A program made the position numbers and the translations under genes. The notes beneath the pieces were generated by a model. The model saw nothing but the letters and a program-made list of their open reading frames with translations. It had not been told where the DNA came from and ran no database searches. Below, piece after piece: positions 1 through 9,726 of a stretch of 64,000 bases of DNA. The first letter of the stretch is position 1; every line of letters begins with the position of its first letter. This stretch comes from Mobula birostris (taxonomy: Eukaryota): positions 33,154,843 through 33,218,842 of the forward strand of contig NC_092402.1 of the NCBI RefSeq assembly GCF_030028105.1, read 5' to 3'.

Positions 1-359
1 ACCATGAGAGAGTCCAGTTCCATCCCCACAGCATCACTGACCTTACGAATAAGTTTGTTGATTCTGTTGGTGTCTGCTACCCTCAGCCTGCTGCCCCAGC
101 ACATAACAGCAAACATGATAACACTGGCCACCACAGACTCGTAGAACATCCTCAGCATCGTCCGGCAGATGTTAAAGGACCTCAGTCTCCTCAGGAAATA
201 GAGACGGCTCTGATCCTTCTTGTAGACAGCCTCAGTGTTCTTTGACCAGTCCAGTTTATTGTCAATACGTATCCCTAGGTATTTGTAATCCTCCACCATG
301 TCCACACTGAATACCTGGATGGAAACAGGGGTCACCGGTACCTTAGCTCTCCTCAGGTC
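1..359 (-). mobile_element. Rex1/Babar-type non-LTR retrotransposon fragment (RT C-terminal region), continues off the window start
   Basis: Minus-strand translation reads VEDYKYLGIRIDNKLDWSKNTEAVYKKDQSRLYFLRRLRSFNICRTMLRMFYESVVASVIMFAVMCWG, the typical Rex1 post-RT region. Confidence 0.85.
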
Positions 360-1204
360 GAGGAGAGCTAAGGTACAATGCACAGTTGTAATAAAATGAT
401 CTGTATAGATGGCATGGCAAGCTAGGATTTTCACTGTGCCTCGATAATGAACTAATTATCAACTTACCAATTTTATCAATGACCTCCTTCTATATCATAA
501 GTAAAAGGAATAAATAAAAATCTGAAAAAGAAATATAGTTTCAATCAGCAGCCTGTATTGAGTTGATCATTTACAATCAAGATAAAACTGTGAATGGCAA
601 GCAGCCTGATGGGATAAAGAAGGAGAAAACTCAAAATTCTTGTCGGCAATCACATCTGCTCCAGTCAAGAAGGATATGGCGATCAATCATATTGCAAACC
701 ATTGAGTAAGACTCACAATTTGGAAGAGGCACTTTAGGGAATTCCTCTGGACATTACCTTCACTGGAGGAGGTGGGAACAGGGAAATAGCATGACAATAA
801 AGGTTGAGGCTTATATCTAAGAGCCACTCATATAACAGATTTTATGGTATTGGATAAGTTTACTCCCTCGTGATAGGTTGAACATTTTTGCTTAGTAAGC
901 TCAACAGATAATACTACAACAACTCATATCATATTTATTATCATTATTTGGAGTAAATTTGTTTCAGGGAATGGGTGGGTTTGACCTTGAAAAAGGCACT
1001 TGATTATCTCAGAGTGGAATATTGAATTATGACATATTTGGTACCAAAATCTAATTGCTTACATGTAAACAAAGGAGCCAATCTACACACCAATTTGAAC
1101 CACTCATTTGCTACTGGCCATGGCAAATTATTCTATGAACTTTGACTGGCGTTCCACCTCAAGTACTCAGTCTTCCAGACCTGCATGAATATAGTTAGGT
1201 GTTA

Positions 1205-1685
1205 AACAGAGTCATAGGTTCATAGCTATACATCAATGAAATAGACCCTTAGGCCCAACTCTGCCATGGTGACCATGTTGTCCTTCTGAACTAGTTCCAT
1301 TTGTCCACAGTTGGCCCACATACGTCTAATCTTTTCCTATCCATGTGCCTATTTCAATGTTTTTTGAACACTGTAATTGCACTTGTCTTCATATTTCCTC
1401 TGGCAACTCATTTCGTATACCCATCACTCTTTGTGTGGAAAACTTCCTGCTCATGTCCCTTTTAAATCTTTCCCCTCTCACCTTAAGCCTAGCTCTTCTT
1501 GTTTAAGACTCCATTACCCTTGGAAAAAGACTGTGATCATGAACATTATCTCTGTCCCCCATTATCTTATAAACCTTTGTAAGCCTCCTTCACTCCAGGA
1601 AAAACAATCACAGCCCATTCAGTCTCTTCTTATAACTCAAGTCCTCCAGTCCCAGCAACATCTTGTGATGCTTTTCTGCATCCTA
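1205..1685 (-). mobile_element. Degenerate CR1 LINE 3' fragment
   Basis: Reverse complement resembles the CR1 ORF2 C-terminus and 3'UTR seen in other copies here (e.g. 42818-43461). Confidence 0.75.
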
Positions 1686-1930
1686 GTTTATACTTACATA
1701 GACATTTATACCAATTTCTGTTGCAGTAAGGTACAGTAGATCTACAGTAAATGTTCTGGAATAAAATTCATCATTCCAAAAAAAAGAAAAAAAATTACCA
1801 TGAATAAAATGATTGTTTGAGTGGTTTATATTATCTGTCAATTTTCATAACAAATCAGTGACTAATGATTTCTGACCTTATAATGCAATATTATCTCAAA
1901 AATTATGCATACTTCTAAAGAAATGAAAGA

Positions 1931-1999
1931 TTCTTAACGCACATTTCTGACTGAATGAAAAAATGTTCTTAACGCACATTTCTGACTGAATGAAAAAAT
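1931..1999. repeat. 35-bp tandem duplication
   Basis: ttcttaacgcacatttctgactgaatgaaaaaat at 1931-1964 and 1966-1999, identical. Confidence 0.95.
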
Positions 2000-2018
2000 C
2001 ATGTTTGTTTAAACTAGA

Positions 2019-2948
2019 ATGGTTGGGGTTGGGAATCAAATTAAAGAGGCTAGGCGTGAGGAGGTTAGTTCACAACAGGGGGATGGGAACCAGTGCAGAG
2101 AGACAGAGGGGTGTAAAGTGAGGGTAGAAGCAAAAAGTACTATGGAGAAAAGTAAAAGTGGCAGGCCGACAAATCCAGGGCAAGCATTAAAAAGAGCCAC
2201 TTTTCAGCATAATTGTATAAGAGCTAAGAGAGTTGTAAAAGAGCGCCTAAAGGCTTTGTGTGTCAATGCAAGGAGCATTCGTAATAAGGTGGATGAATTG
2301 AAAGTGCAGATTGTTATTAATGATTATGATATAGTTGGGATCACAGAGACATGGCTCCAGGGTGACCAGGGATGGGAGCTCAACGTTCAGGGATATTCAA
2401 TATTCAGGAGGGATAGACATGAAGGAAGGGGAGGTGGGGTGGCGTTGCTGGTTAAAGAAGAGATTAACGCAATAGAAAGGAAGGACATAAACCGGGAAGA
2501 TGTGGAATCGATATGGGTAGAGCTGCGTAACACTAAGGGGCAGAAGACGCTGGTGGGAGTTGTGTACAGGCCACCTAACAGTAGTAGTGAGGTCGGAGAT
2601 GGTATTAAACAGGAAATTAGAAATGTGTGCAATAAAGGAACAGCAGTTATAATGGGTGACTTCAATCTACATGTAGATTGGGTGAACCAAATTGGTAAAG
2701 GTGCTGAGGAAGAGGATTTCTTGGAATGTATGCGGGATGGTTTTTTGAACCAACATGTTGAGGAACCAACTGGAGAGCAGGCTATTCTGGACTGGGTTTT
2801 GAGCAATGAGGAAGGGTTAATTAGCAATCTTGTCGTGAGCGGCCCCTTGGGTAAGAGTGACCATAATATGGTGGAATTCTTCATTAAGATGGAGAGTTGT
2901 AAAAGAGCGCCTAAAGGCTTTGTGTGTCAATGCAAGGAGCATTCGTAA
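2019..2948 (+). pseudogene. CR1 ORF2 N-terminal APE-type endonuclease, broken by an internal duplication
   Basis: Motifs NARSI, GITETW, GGGVAL, YRPP, MGDFN, LD and SDHN; the frame shifts at ~2897 where a duplicated segment begins. Confidence 0.9.
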
Positions 2949-3137
2949 TAAGGTGGATGAATTGAAAGTGCAGATTGTTATTAACGATTATGATATAGTT
3001 GGGATCACAGAGACATGGCTCCAGGGTGACCAGGGATGGGAGCTCAACGTTCAGGGATATTCAATATTCAGGAGGGATAGACATGAAGGAAGGGGAGGTG
3101 GGGTGGCGTTGCTGGTTAAAGGGGTAACTTTGAAGGT

Positions 3138-5237
3138 ATGAGACGTGAATTAGCTAAGATAGACTGGCAAATGACACTTAAAGAATTGACGGTGGATATG
3201 CAATGGCAAGCATTTAAAGGTTGCATGGATGAACTACAACAATTGTTCATCCCAGTTTGGCAAAAGAATAAATCAAGGAAGGTAGTGCACCTGTGGCTGA
3301 CAAGAGAAATTAGGGATAGTATCAATTCCAAAGAAGAAGCATACAAATTAGCCAGAGAAAGTGGCTCACCTGAGGACTGGGAGAAATTCAGAGTTCAGCA
3401 GAGGAGGACAAAGGGCTTAATTAGGAAGGGGAAAAAAGATTATGAGAGAAAACTGGCAGGGAACATAAAAACAGACTGTAAAAGCTTTTATAGATATGTA
3501 AAAAGGAAAAGACTGGTAAAGGCAAATGTAGGTCCCCTACAGACAGAAACAGGTGAATTGATTATGGGGAGCAAGGACATGGCAGACCAATTGAATAATT
3601 ACTTTGGTTCTGTCTTCACTAAGGAGGACATAAATAATCTTCCAGAAATAGTAGGGGACAGAGAGTCCAGTGAGATGGAGGAACTGAGCGAAATACATGT
3701 TAGTAGGGAAATGGTGTTAGGTAAATTGAAGGGATTGAAGGCAGATAAATCCCCAGGCCCAGATGGTCTGCATCCCAGAGTGCTTAAGGAAGTAGCCCAA
3801 AAAATAGTGGATGCATTAGTGATAATTTTTCAAAACTCCTTAGATTCTGGACTAGTTCCTGAGGATTGGAGGGTGGCTAATGTAACCCCACTTTTTAAAA
3901 AAGGAGGGAGAGAGAAACCGAGGAATTATAGACCGGTTAGCCTAACGTCGGTGGTGGGGAAACTGCTGGAGTCAGTTATCAAGGATGTGATAACAGCACA
4001 TTTGGAAAGCGGTGAAATGATCGGACAAAGTCAGCATGGATTTGTGAAAGGAAAATCATGTCTGACGAATCTCATAGAATTTTTTGAGGATGTAACTAGT
4101 AGAGTGGATAGGGGAGAACCAGTGGATGTGGTATATTTGGATTTTCAGAAGGCTTTTGACAAGGTCCCACACAGGAGATTAGTGTGCAAACTTAAAGCAC
4201 ACGATATTGGGGGTAAGGTATTGGTGTGGGTGGAGAGTTGGTTAGCAGACAGGAAGCAAAGAGTAGGAATAAACGGGACCTTTTCAGAATGGCAGGCGGT
4301 GACTAGTGGGGTACCGCAAGGCTCAGTGCTGGGACCCCAGTTGTTTACAATATATATGAATGACTTGGATGAGGGAATTAAATGCAGCATCTCCAAGTTT
4401 GCGGATGACACGAAGCTGGGTAGCAGTGTTAGCTGTGAGGAGGATGCTAAGAGGATGCAGGGTGACTTGGATAGGTTGGGTGAGTGGGCAAATTCATGGC
4501 AGATGCAATTTAATGTGGATAAATGTGAAGTTATCTACTTTGGTGGCAAAAATAGGAAAACAGATTATTATCTGAATGGTGGCCGATTAGGAAAAGGGGA
4601 GGTGCAACGAGACCTGGGTGTCATTATACACCAGTCATTGAATGTGGGCATGCAGGTACAGCAGGCGGTGAAAAAGGCGAATGGTATGCTGGCATTTATA
4701 GTGAGAGGATTCGAGTACAGGAGCAGGGAGGTACTACTGCAGTTGTACAAGGCCTTGGTGAGATCACACCTGGAGTATTGTGTGCAGTTTTGGTCCCCTA
4801 ATCTGAGGAAAGACATCCTTGCCATAGAGGGAGTACAGAGAAGGTTCACCAGATTGATTCCTGGGATGGCAGGACTTTCATATGAAGAAAGACTGGATGA
4901 ACTGGGCTTGTACTCGTTGGAATTTAGAAGATTGAGGGGGGATCTGATTGAAACGTATAAGATCCTAAAGGGATTGGACAGGCTAGATGCAGGAAGATTG
5001 TTCCCGATGTTGGGAAAGTCCAGAACGAGGGGCCACAGTTTGAGGATAGAGGGGAAGCCTTTTAGGACCGAGATTAGGAAAAACTTCTTCACACAGAGAG
5101 TGGTGAATCTGTGGAATTCTCTGCCACAGGAAACAGTTGAGGCCAGTTCATTGGCTATATTTAAGAGGGAGTTAGATATGGCCCTTGTGGCTACGGGGGT
5201 CAGGGGGTATGGAGGGAAGGCTGGGGCGGGGTTCTGA
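3138..5237 (+). CDS. CR1 ORF2 reverse transcriptase region (uninterrupted 699 aa)
   Basis: KSPGPDG, NYRPVSLTS, QHGF, YLDFQKAFD, GVPQGSVLGP, FADD and the CR1 C-terminal FFTQRVVNLWNSLP. Confidence 0.93.
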   Translation: MRRELAKIDWQMTLKELTVDMQWQAFKGCMDELQQLFIPVWQKNKSRKVVHLWLTREIRDSINSKEEAYKLARESGSPEDWEKFRVQQRRTKGLIRKGKKDYERKLAGNIKTDCKSFYRYVKRKRLVKANVGPLQTETGELIMGSKDMADQLNNYFGSVFTKEDINNLPEIVGDRESSEMEELSEIHVSREMVLGKLKGLKADKSPGPDGLHPRVLKEVAQKIVDALVIIFQNSLDSGLVPEDWRVANVTPLFKKGGREKPRNYRPVSLTSVVGKLLESVIKDVITAHLESGEMIGQSQHGFVKGKSCLTNLIEFFEDVTSRVDRGEPVDVVYLDFQKAFDKVPHRRLVCKLKAHDIGGKVLVWVESWLADRKQRVGINGTFSEWQAVTSGVPQGSVLGPQLFTIYMNDLDEGIKCSISKFADDTKLGSSVSCEEDAKRMQGDLDRLGEWANSWQMQFNVDKCEVIYFGGKNRKTDYYLNGGRLGKGEVQRDLGVIIHQSLNVGMQVQQAVKKANGMLAFIVRGFEYRSREVLLQLYKALVRSHLEYCVQFWSPNLRKDILAIEGVQRRFTRLIPGMAGLSYEERLDELGLYSLEFRRLRGDLIETYKILKGLDRLDAGRLFPMLGKSRTRGHSLRIEGKPFRTEIRKNFFTQRVVNLWNSLPQETVEASSLAIFKRELDMALVATGVRGYGGKAGAGF

Positions 5238-8110
5238 GTTGGATGATCAGCCATGATCATAATAAGTGGCGGTGCAGGCTCGAAGGGCCAAATGGCCTAC
5301 TCCTGCACCTATTTTCTATGTTTCTATGTTTCTATGTTTCAGAAGGACATCCTTATATTGGCAAACATGGCAGGGGTTATAAGTACAATCTGTTCCAGGA
5401 AGTTACTTTGGGTGACATTCCTCAATGTGCTGGCAGAAATACTGTAAAGTAGCAAAACTCCTGATTGTTTAGTGGTTGCTCACGCTCTGTCATCACAGCT
5501 AAGAATATACTGATTATTTTTAAAGCTGTTATTTGATTATAGTCTTGGAAGGTTACAGAATGCACTATTTTCATTATGATTTACAGATACACTTCCAAAG
5601 AAAAACAGTGAGACTGATTGAGTTCAAAGTTCAAATAAATTTATTATCAAAGTACACATATATCACCATATACATAACTGAGATTCATTTTTCTGCAGAC
5701 ATACACAGCAAATCTGTAGAATAGTAATGATAACAGGATCAATGAAAGATCAACCAGAGTGCAGAAGACAAGAAACTGTGCAAATGCAAATATAAATAAA
5801 TAGCAATAAATAATGAGAACATGAGATAATGAGATAAAGAGTCCTTCAAGTGAGATCATTGGTTATAGGCAAATGAGTGTAGCTATCCCCTTTTATTCAA
5901 GAGCCTGATGGTTGTGGGGGAGTAGCTGTTCGTGAACCTGGTGGTGTGAGTCCTGAGGCTCTTGTACCTTCTACTTGACGGCAACAGCAAGAAGAGAGCA
6001 TGACCTGGGTGGTGGAGATCTCTGATGATGGATGCTGCATTCCTACAACAATGTTTCATATAGGCATGCTCAATGGTTGGAAAGCCATGATGTAGTGGGC
6101 TGAATCCACTGCTTTTTGTAGGATTTTCTATTCAAAGGCATTGGCATTTCCATACCAGGCTGTGACGGGGCCAGTCAATACACTCTCCACTACACATCTA
6201 TAGAAGTTTGTCAAAGTTTTAGATTTCATGCCAAGTCTCCGCAGATTTCAAAGGAAGTAGAGGCGCTGCCATGCTTACTTTGCAATTCCACTTCTGTGCT
6301 GGGTCCAGGACAGGTCCTCAAAAATGGAAACACCCGGGAATTTAAAGTTGCTAACCCTCTCCACCTCCAATCCTCTGATGAGGACTGCCTCATGGACCTC
6401 TGGTTTCCTTCTCTGGAAGTCTATAATCAGTTCCTTGGTCTTGCTGACATTGAGTGAGAGGTGGTTGTTATGACGCCACGCAGCCAGATTTTCAACCTAC
6501 CTCAAGTGGGCTGGTTCATCACCACTTTTGATGCGGCCCATAATAGAGGTGCCATCAGCAAACTTGAATATGGCATTGGAGCTGTGCAAGCTCTGTGTAG
6601 AGCAGGGGACTAGGCACACAGCCCTGTGGTGTGCCTGTGCTGATGGAGATCGTGGAGCAGATGTTGTTGCCAATCTGAACTGACTGCGGGCTACAAGTGA
6701 AGAAATCCAGGATCCAATGATATAAGAAGGTATGGAGGCCAAGGTCTTGAAGATTATGGATTAGTTTTGAGTGGATAATGGTATTGAATGCTGAGCTGTA
6801 CTCAATAAAGAGCATCCTGAAATATGCATCTTTGCTGTTCAAATGTTTTAGGATTGAGTGAAGAGCCAACAGGGTAGCAAATAGAAACAGATCCAAGTCA
6901 CCTCTCAGGCAGGAATTGATATGTTTCATCACCAACCTTTCAAAACATTTTATCACTGTGGATGTAAGAGCTACAAGGCAATAGTCATTGAGAGAGGTCA
7001 CCACGCTCTTCTTGGGCAGCGGTACAATTGAAGCCTATTTGAAACAGCTGGATACTACACACTGCCGCAGTGAGAGGTTAAAGATCTCAGTGAACACACC
7101 AGAGAGTTGGTCAGCAGAGGTCTTTAGTACGCGGCCAGGTACGCCGTCTGATCCAGATTTTTCCATGGATTTACCTTCCTCAAGGGAGCCCGCACATCAG
7201 CTTCAGAAACTGAGATCAGAGGATCATCAGGGGATGTGGGAGTTTGTGATGATTTCTCCATGTTCTGACAGTCAAAGCAAGCAGGGAAGGCATTGAGCTC
7301 ATCTGGAAGCAAAGCCCTGCTGTCTCCCATGCTGTCTGATTTAATTTTGGAGGAGGTGATAGCTGTCAAGCATCCCTCATAGATTCCAGTTTGCACCAGA
7401 AATTCCACTTCACCTGTGAGGTGGCTTTCCCAAAATCGTACTTGATCACGCCTCTTGGAGCTTTCTTGGTCTCCAGACTTGAATGCCTCTGATCTGGCCC
7501 TCAGCAAATTTCAGATTTCATGGTTCATCCAGGGATTCTGACAGGGGAAGACTCTAAATGATTTAGTGGGGACACACTCATCTACAGCTCTTTTAATAAA
7601 GTCCATTACAACCATGGTGTATTCACTCAGATCTCTAGATGAACGCTTGAACACGGCCCAGTCCACTGACTCAAAGCAACGCTGTAATTGTTCTGCCGCA
7701 TCTGCTCTCAGGATGAGGCTTTTCATTCCAGGACGAGGGAGATGTCCTCCTTTTTTAAAGAAAGGGGCCTCCCTTCCTCCACTACCCATCTGCTCTGACT
7801 GCATCCTCCCGCCACCCCACTAGGAATAGGGTTCCCCTGGTCCTCACCTACCACCCCACCAGCCTCCGGGCCCAACATATTATTCTCCGTAACTTCTGCC
7901 ACCTCCAATGGGATCCCACCACTAAGCACATCTTTCCCCCCCCCCCACTTTCCGCAAGGATCACTCCCTACGCGACTCCCTTGTCCGTCCCCCCTATCCC
8001 TCCCCACTGATCTCCCTCCTGGCACTTAACCGTGTAAGCGGAACAAGTGCTACATATGCCCTTACACTTCCTCCCTTACGACCATTCAGGGCCCCAAACA
8101 GTCCTTCCAG

Positions 8111-8437
8111 GTGAGGCGACACTTCACCTGTGAGTCGACTGGGGTGATATACTGTGTCCGGTGCTCCCGATGTGGCCTTCTATATATTGGCGAGACCCGA
8201 CGCAGACTGGGAGACCGCTTTGCTGAACACCTACGCTCTGTCTGCCAGAGAAAGCAGGATCTCCCAGTGGCCACACATTTTAATTCCACGTCCCATTCCC
8301 ATTCTGACATGTCTATCCACGACCTCCTCTACTGTAAAGATGAAGCCACACTCAAGTTGGAGGAACAACACCTTATATTCCGTCTGGGTAGCCTCCAACC
8401 TGATGGCATGAACATCGACTTTTCTAACTTCCGCTAA
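8111..8437 (+). CDS. PLE GIY-YIG endonuclease domain (C-terminal part of the element ORF)
   Basis: FTCESTGVIYCVRCSRCGLLYIGETRRRLGDRFAEH...HF...EEQHLIFRLGSLQPDGMN: VIY/YIG motifs with an intervening CxxC. Confidence 0.9.
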   Translation: MRRHFTCESTGVIYCVRCSRCGLLYIGETRRRLGDRFAEHLRSVCQRKQDLPVATHFNSTSHSHSDMSIHDLLYCKDEATLKLEEQHLIFRLGSLQPDGMNIDFSNFR

Positions 8438-8735
8438 TGCCCCACCTCCCCCTCGTACCCCATCCGTTATTTATTTTTATACACAGATTCTTTCTCTCTC
8501 TCTCCTTTTTCTCCCTCTGTCCCTCTGACTATACCCCTTGCCCATCCTCTGTTTCTTTCCCCCCCCCCCTTGTCTTTCTTCCCGGGCCTCCTGTCCCATG
8601 ATCCTCTCATATCCCCTTTGCCAATCACCTGTCCAGCTCTTGGCTCCATCCCTCCCCCTCCTGTCTTCTCCTATCATTTTGGATCTCCCTCTCCCCCTCC
8701 CACTTTCAAATCTCTTACTCACTCTTCCTTCAGTT

Positions 8736-8771
8736 AGTCCTGACGAAGGGTCTCGGCCTGAAACGTCGACT
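8736..8771 (+). ncRNA. Minimal type-I hammerhead ribozyme with intact core
   Basis: agtc-CTGACGA-a-ggg(tctcgg)cct-GAAA-cg-TC-gact: stem I agtc/gact, stem II, palindromic ACGU stem III and GUC cleavage triplet. This matches the known PLE minimal hammerhead layout. Confidence 0.8.
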
Positions 8772-9179
8772 GTACCTCTTCCTAGAGATGTTGCCTGGCC
8801 TGCTGCATTCACCAGCAACTTTGATGTGTGTTGCTTGAATTTCCAGCATCTGCAGAATTCCTGTTGTTTCTGTAATTGTTCCCCTGCCTCCCACGGCCAT
8901 CTTGCAGTTATCCTAACCTCTGGAGCTTTGCTTTTAAGGCTCTGCCTGTGTTCAGGTAGGAAGAAGACAGCCAAATGATCCAATTTATCAAAATACGGTC
9001 TGGGCTAGGAACAACAGGCATTCCTTATCTTAGTACAGCAGTGGTCTAGTATATTGTAACCTCTGGTGCTACAAGATATATATGCTGTAATATATTGGTA
9101 CAATATTATATGACTGTATAAAGAAAGATTATTCAAAACAAAAAATGTCTGTGAATTTATTCTTTTTTGGCCTTTGCTG

Positions 9180-9540
9180 GTTGGGTTGACCATGGATATT
9201 GCATCCTAGCTGTCTAAGTCGATACACAAGCCAGTGCAGTACGATACGGAGAGCAAGCTGTTACCCATGCTGCAGGCTCCCCCTCTCCACGCAATTGATG
9301 AATCCAAAGGAAGAGCAGAGACCAAAACAATTGATACCAGCAGAGTCGCAGGAGTTGCCAGTCAGTGTTTAACTCAACATTGGACTGCCTCTGGGACTCC
9401 AGCTTTGGATTTTTTCCTCAGGGTTTACTCCTGAAATCTTCCCTTAGTGTGTATAGCCGGAAGGCAGCGGAGGATTGAGATCAAAGTTTTCATTCTCCAA
9501 GATGAGCTGCCAACCATGGCTAACAAGCTCCATCTGCCCA
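9180..9540 (-). mobile_element. Non-autonomous RTE-related element (RTE 5'UTR-like motif)
   Basis: 9480-9535 (aaagttttcattctccaagatgagctgccaaccatggctaacaagctcc) matches the RTE 5'UTR motif at 13432-13482. Confidence 0.6.
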
Positions 9541-9726
9541 GAATTTATTAGCAGTTAGCAATGCTGTATTATGCTTAGGGTTGGGAAGTGAATGAGACAG
9601 AAGACTAATGTCAAAATGGCCAATGGAGCCACTGAAAGGCCAAGCCCTGAATTATTTCTTAACACTTGTTTACTAGGAGACTATCCTCCACCTTTCTATT
9701 TTCGTCAAGATTGATGATTTCCACTC

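Larger units (their letters stand above)
2007..5340 (+). mobile_element. Young 5'-truncated CR1 LINE (most of ORF2 plus 3'UTR)
   Basis: APE endonuclease and RT ORFs; 3' tail of (TTTCTATG)n octamers at ~5313-5340, characteristic of CR1. Confidence 0.95.
7694..8869 (+). mobile_element. 5'-truncated Penelope-like element (PLE) with 12-bp TSD
   Basis: TSD ctgtaattgttc at 7682-7693 and 8870-8881; contains a GIY-YIG ORF, a pyrimidine-rich 3' region and a hammerhead motif. Confidence 0.92.
5621..9110 (-). mobile_element. Decayed Rex1/Babar-type LINE interrupted by a Penelope-like insertion
   Basis: Minus ORFs: CSTRGYNILDHC/DHLAVF (endonuclease end), [59 protein letters not shown]. The reading frame continues across the PLE as EQLQ|RCFES. 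Confidence 0.88.

Noticed and set aside
4568-5260. 230-aa minus-strand ORF (and similar antisense ORFs such as 2387-2884)
   Set aside because: Shadow frames of the CR1 ORF2.
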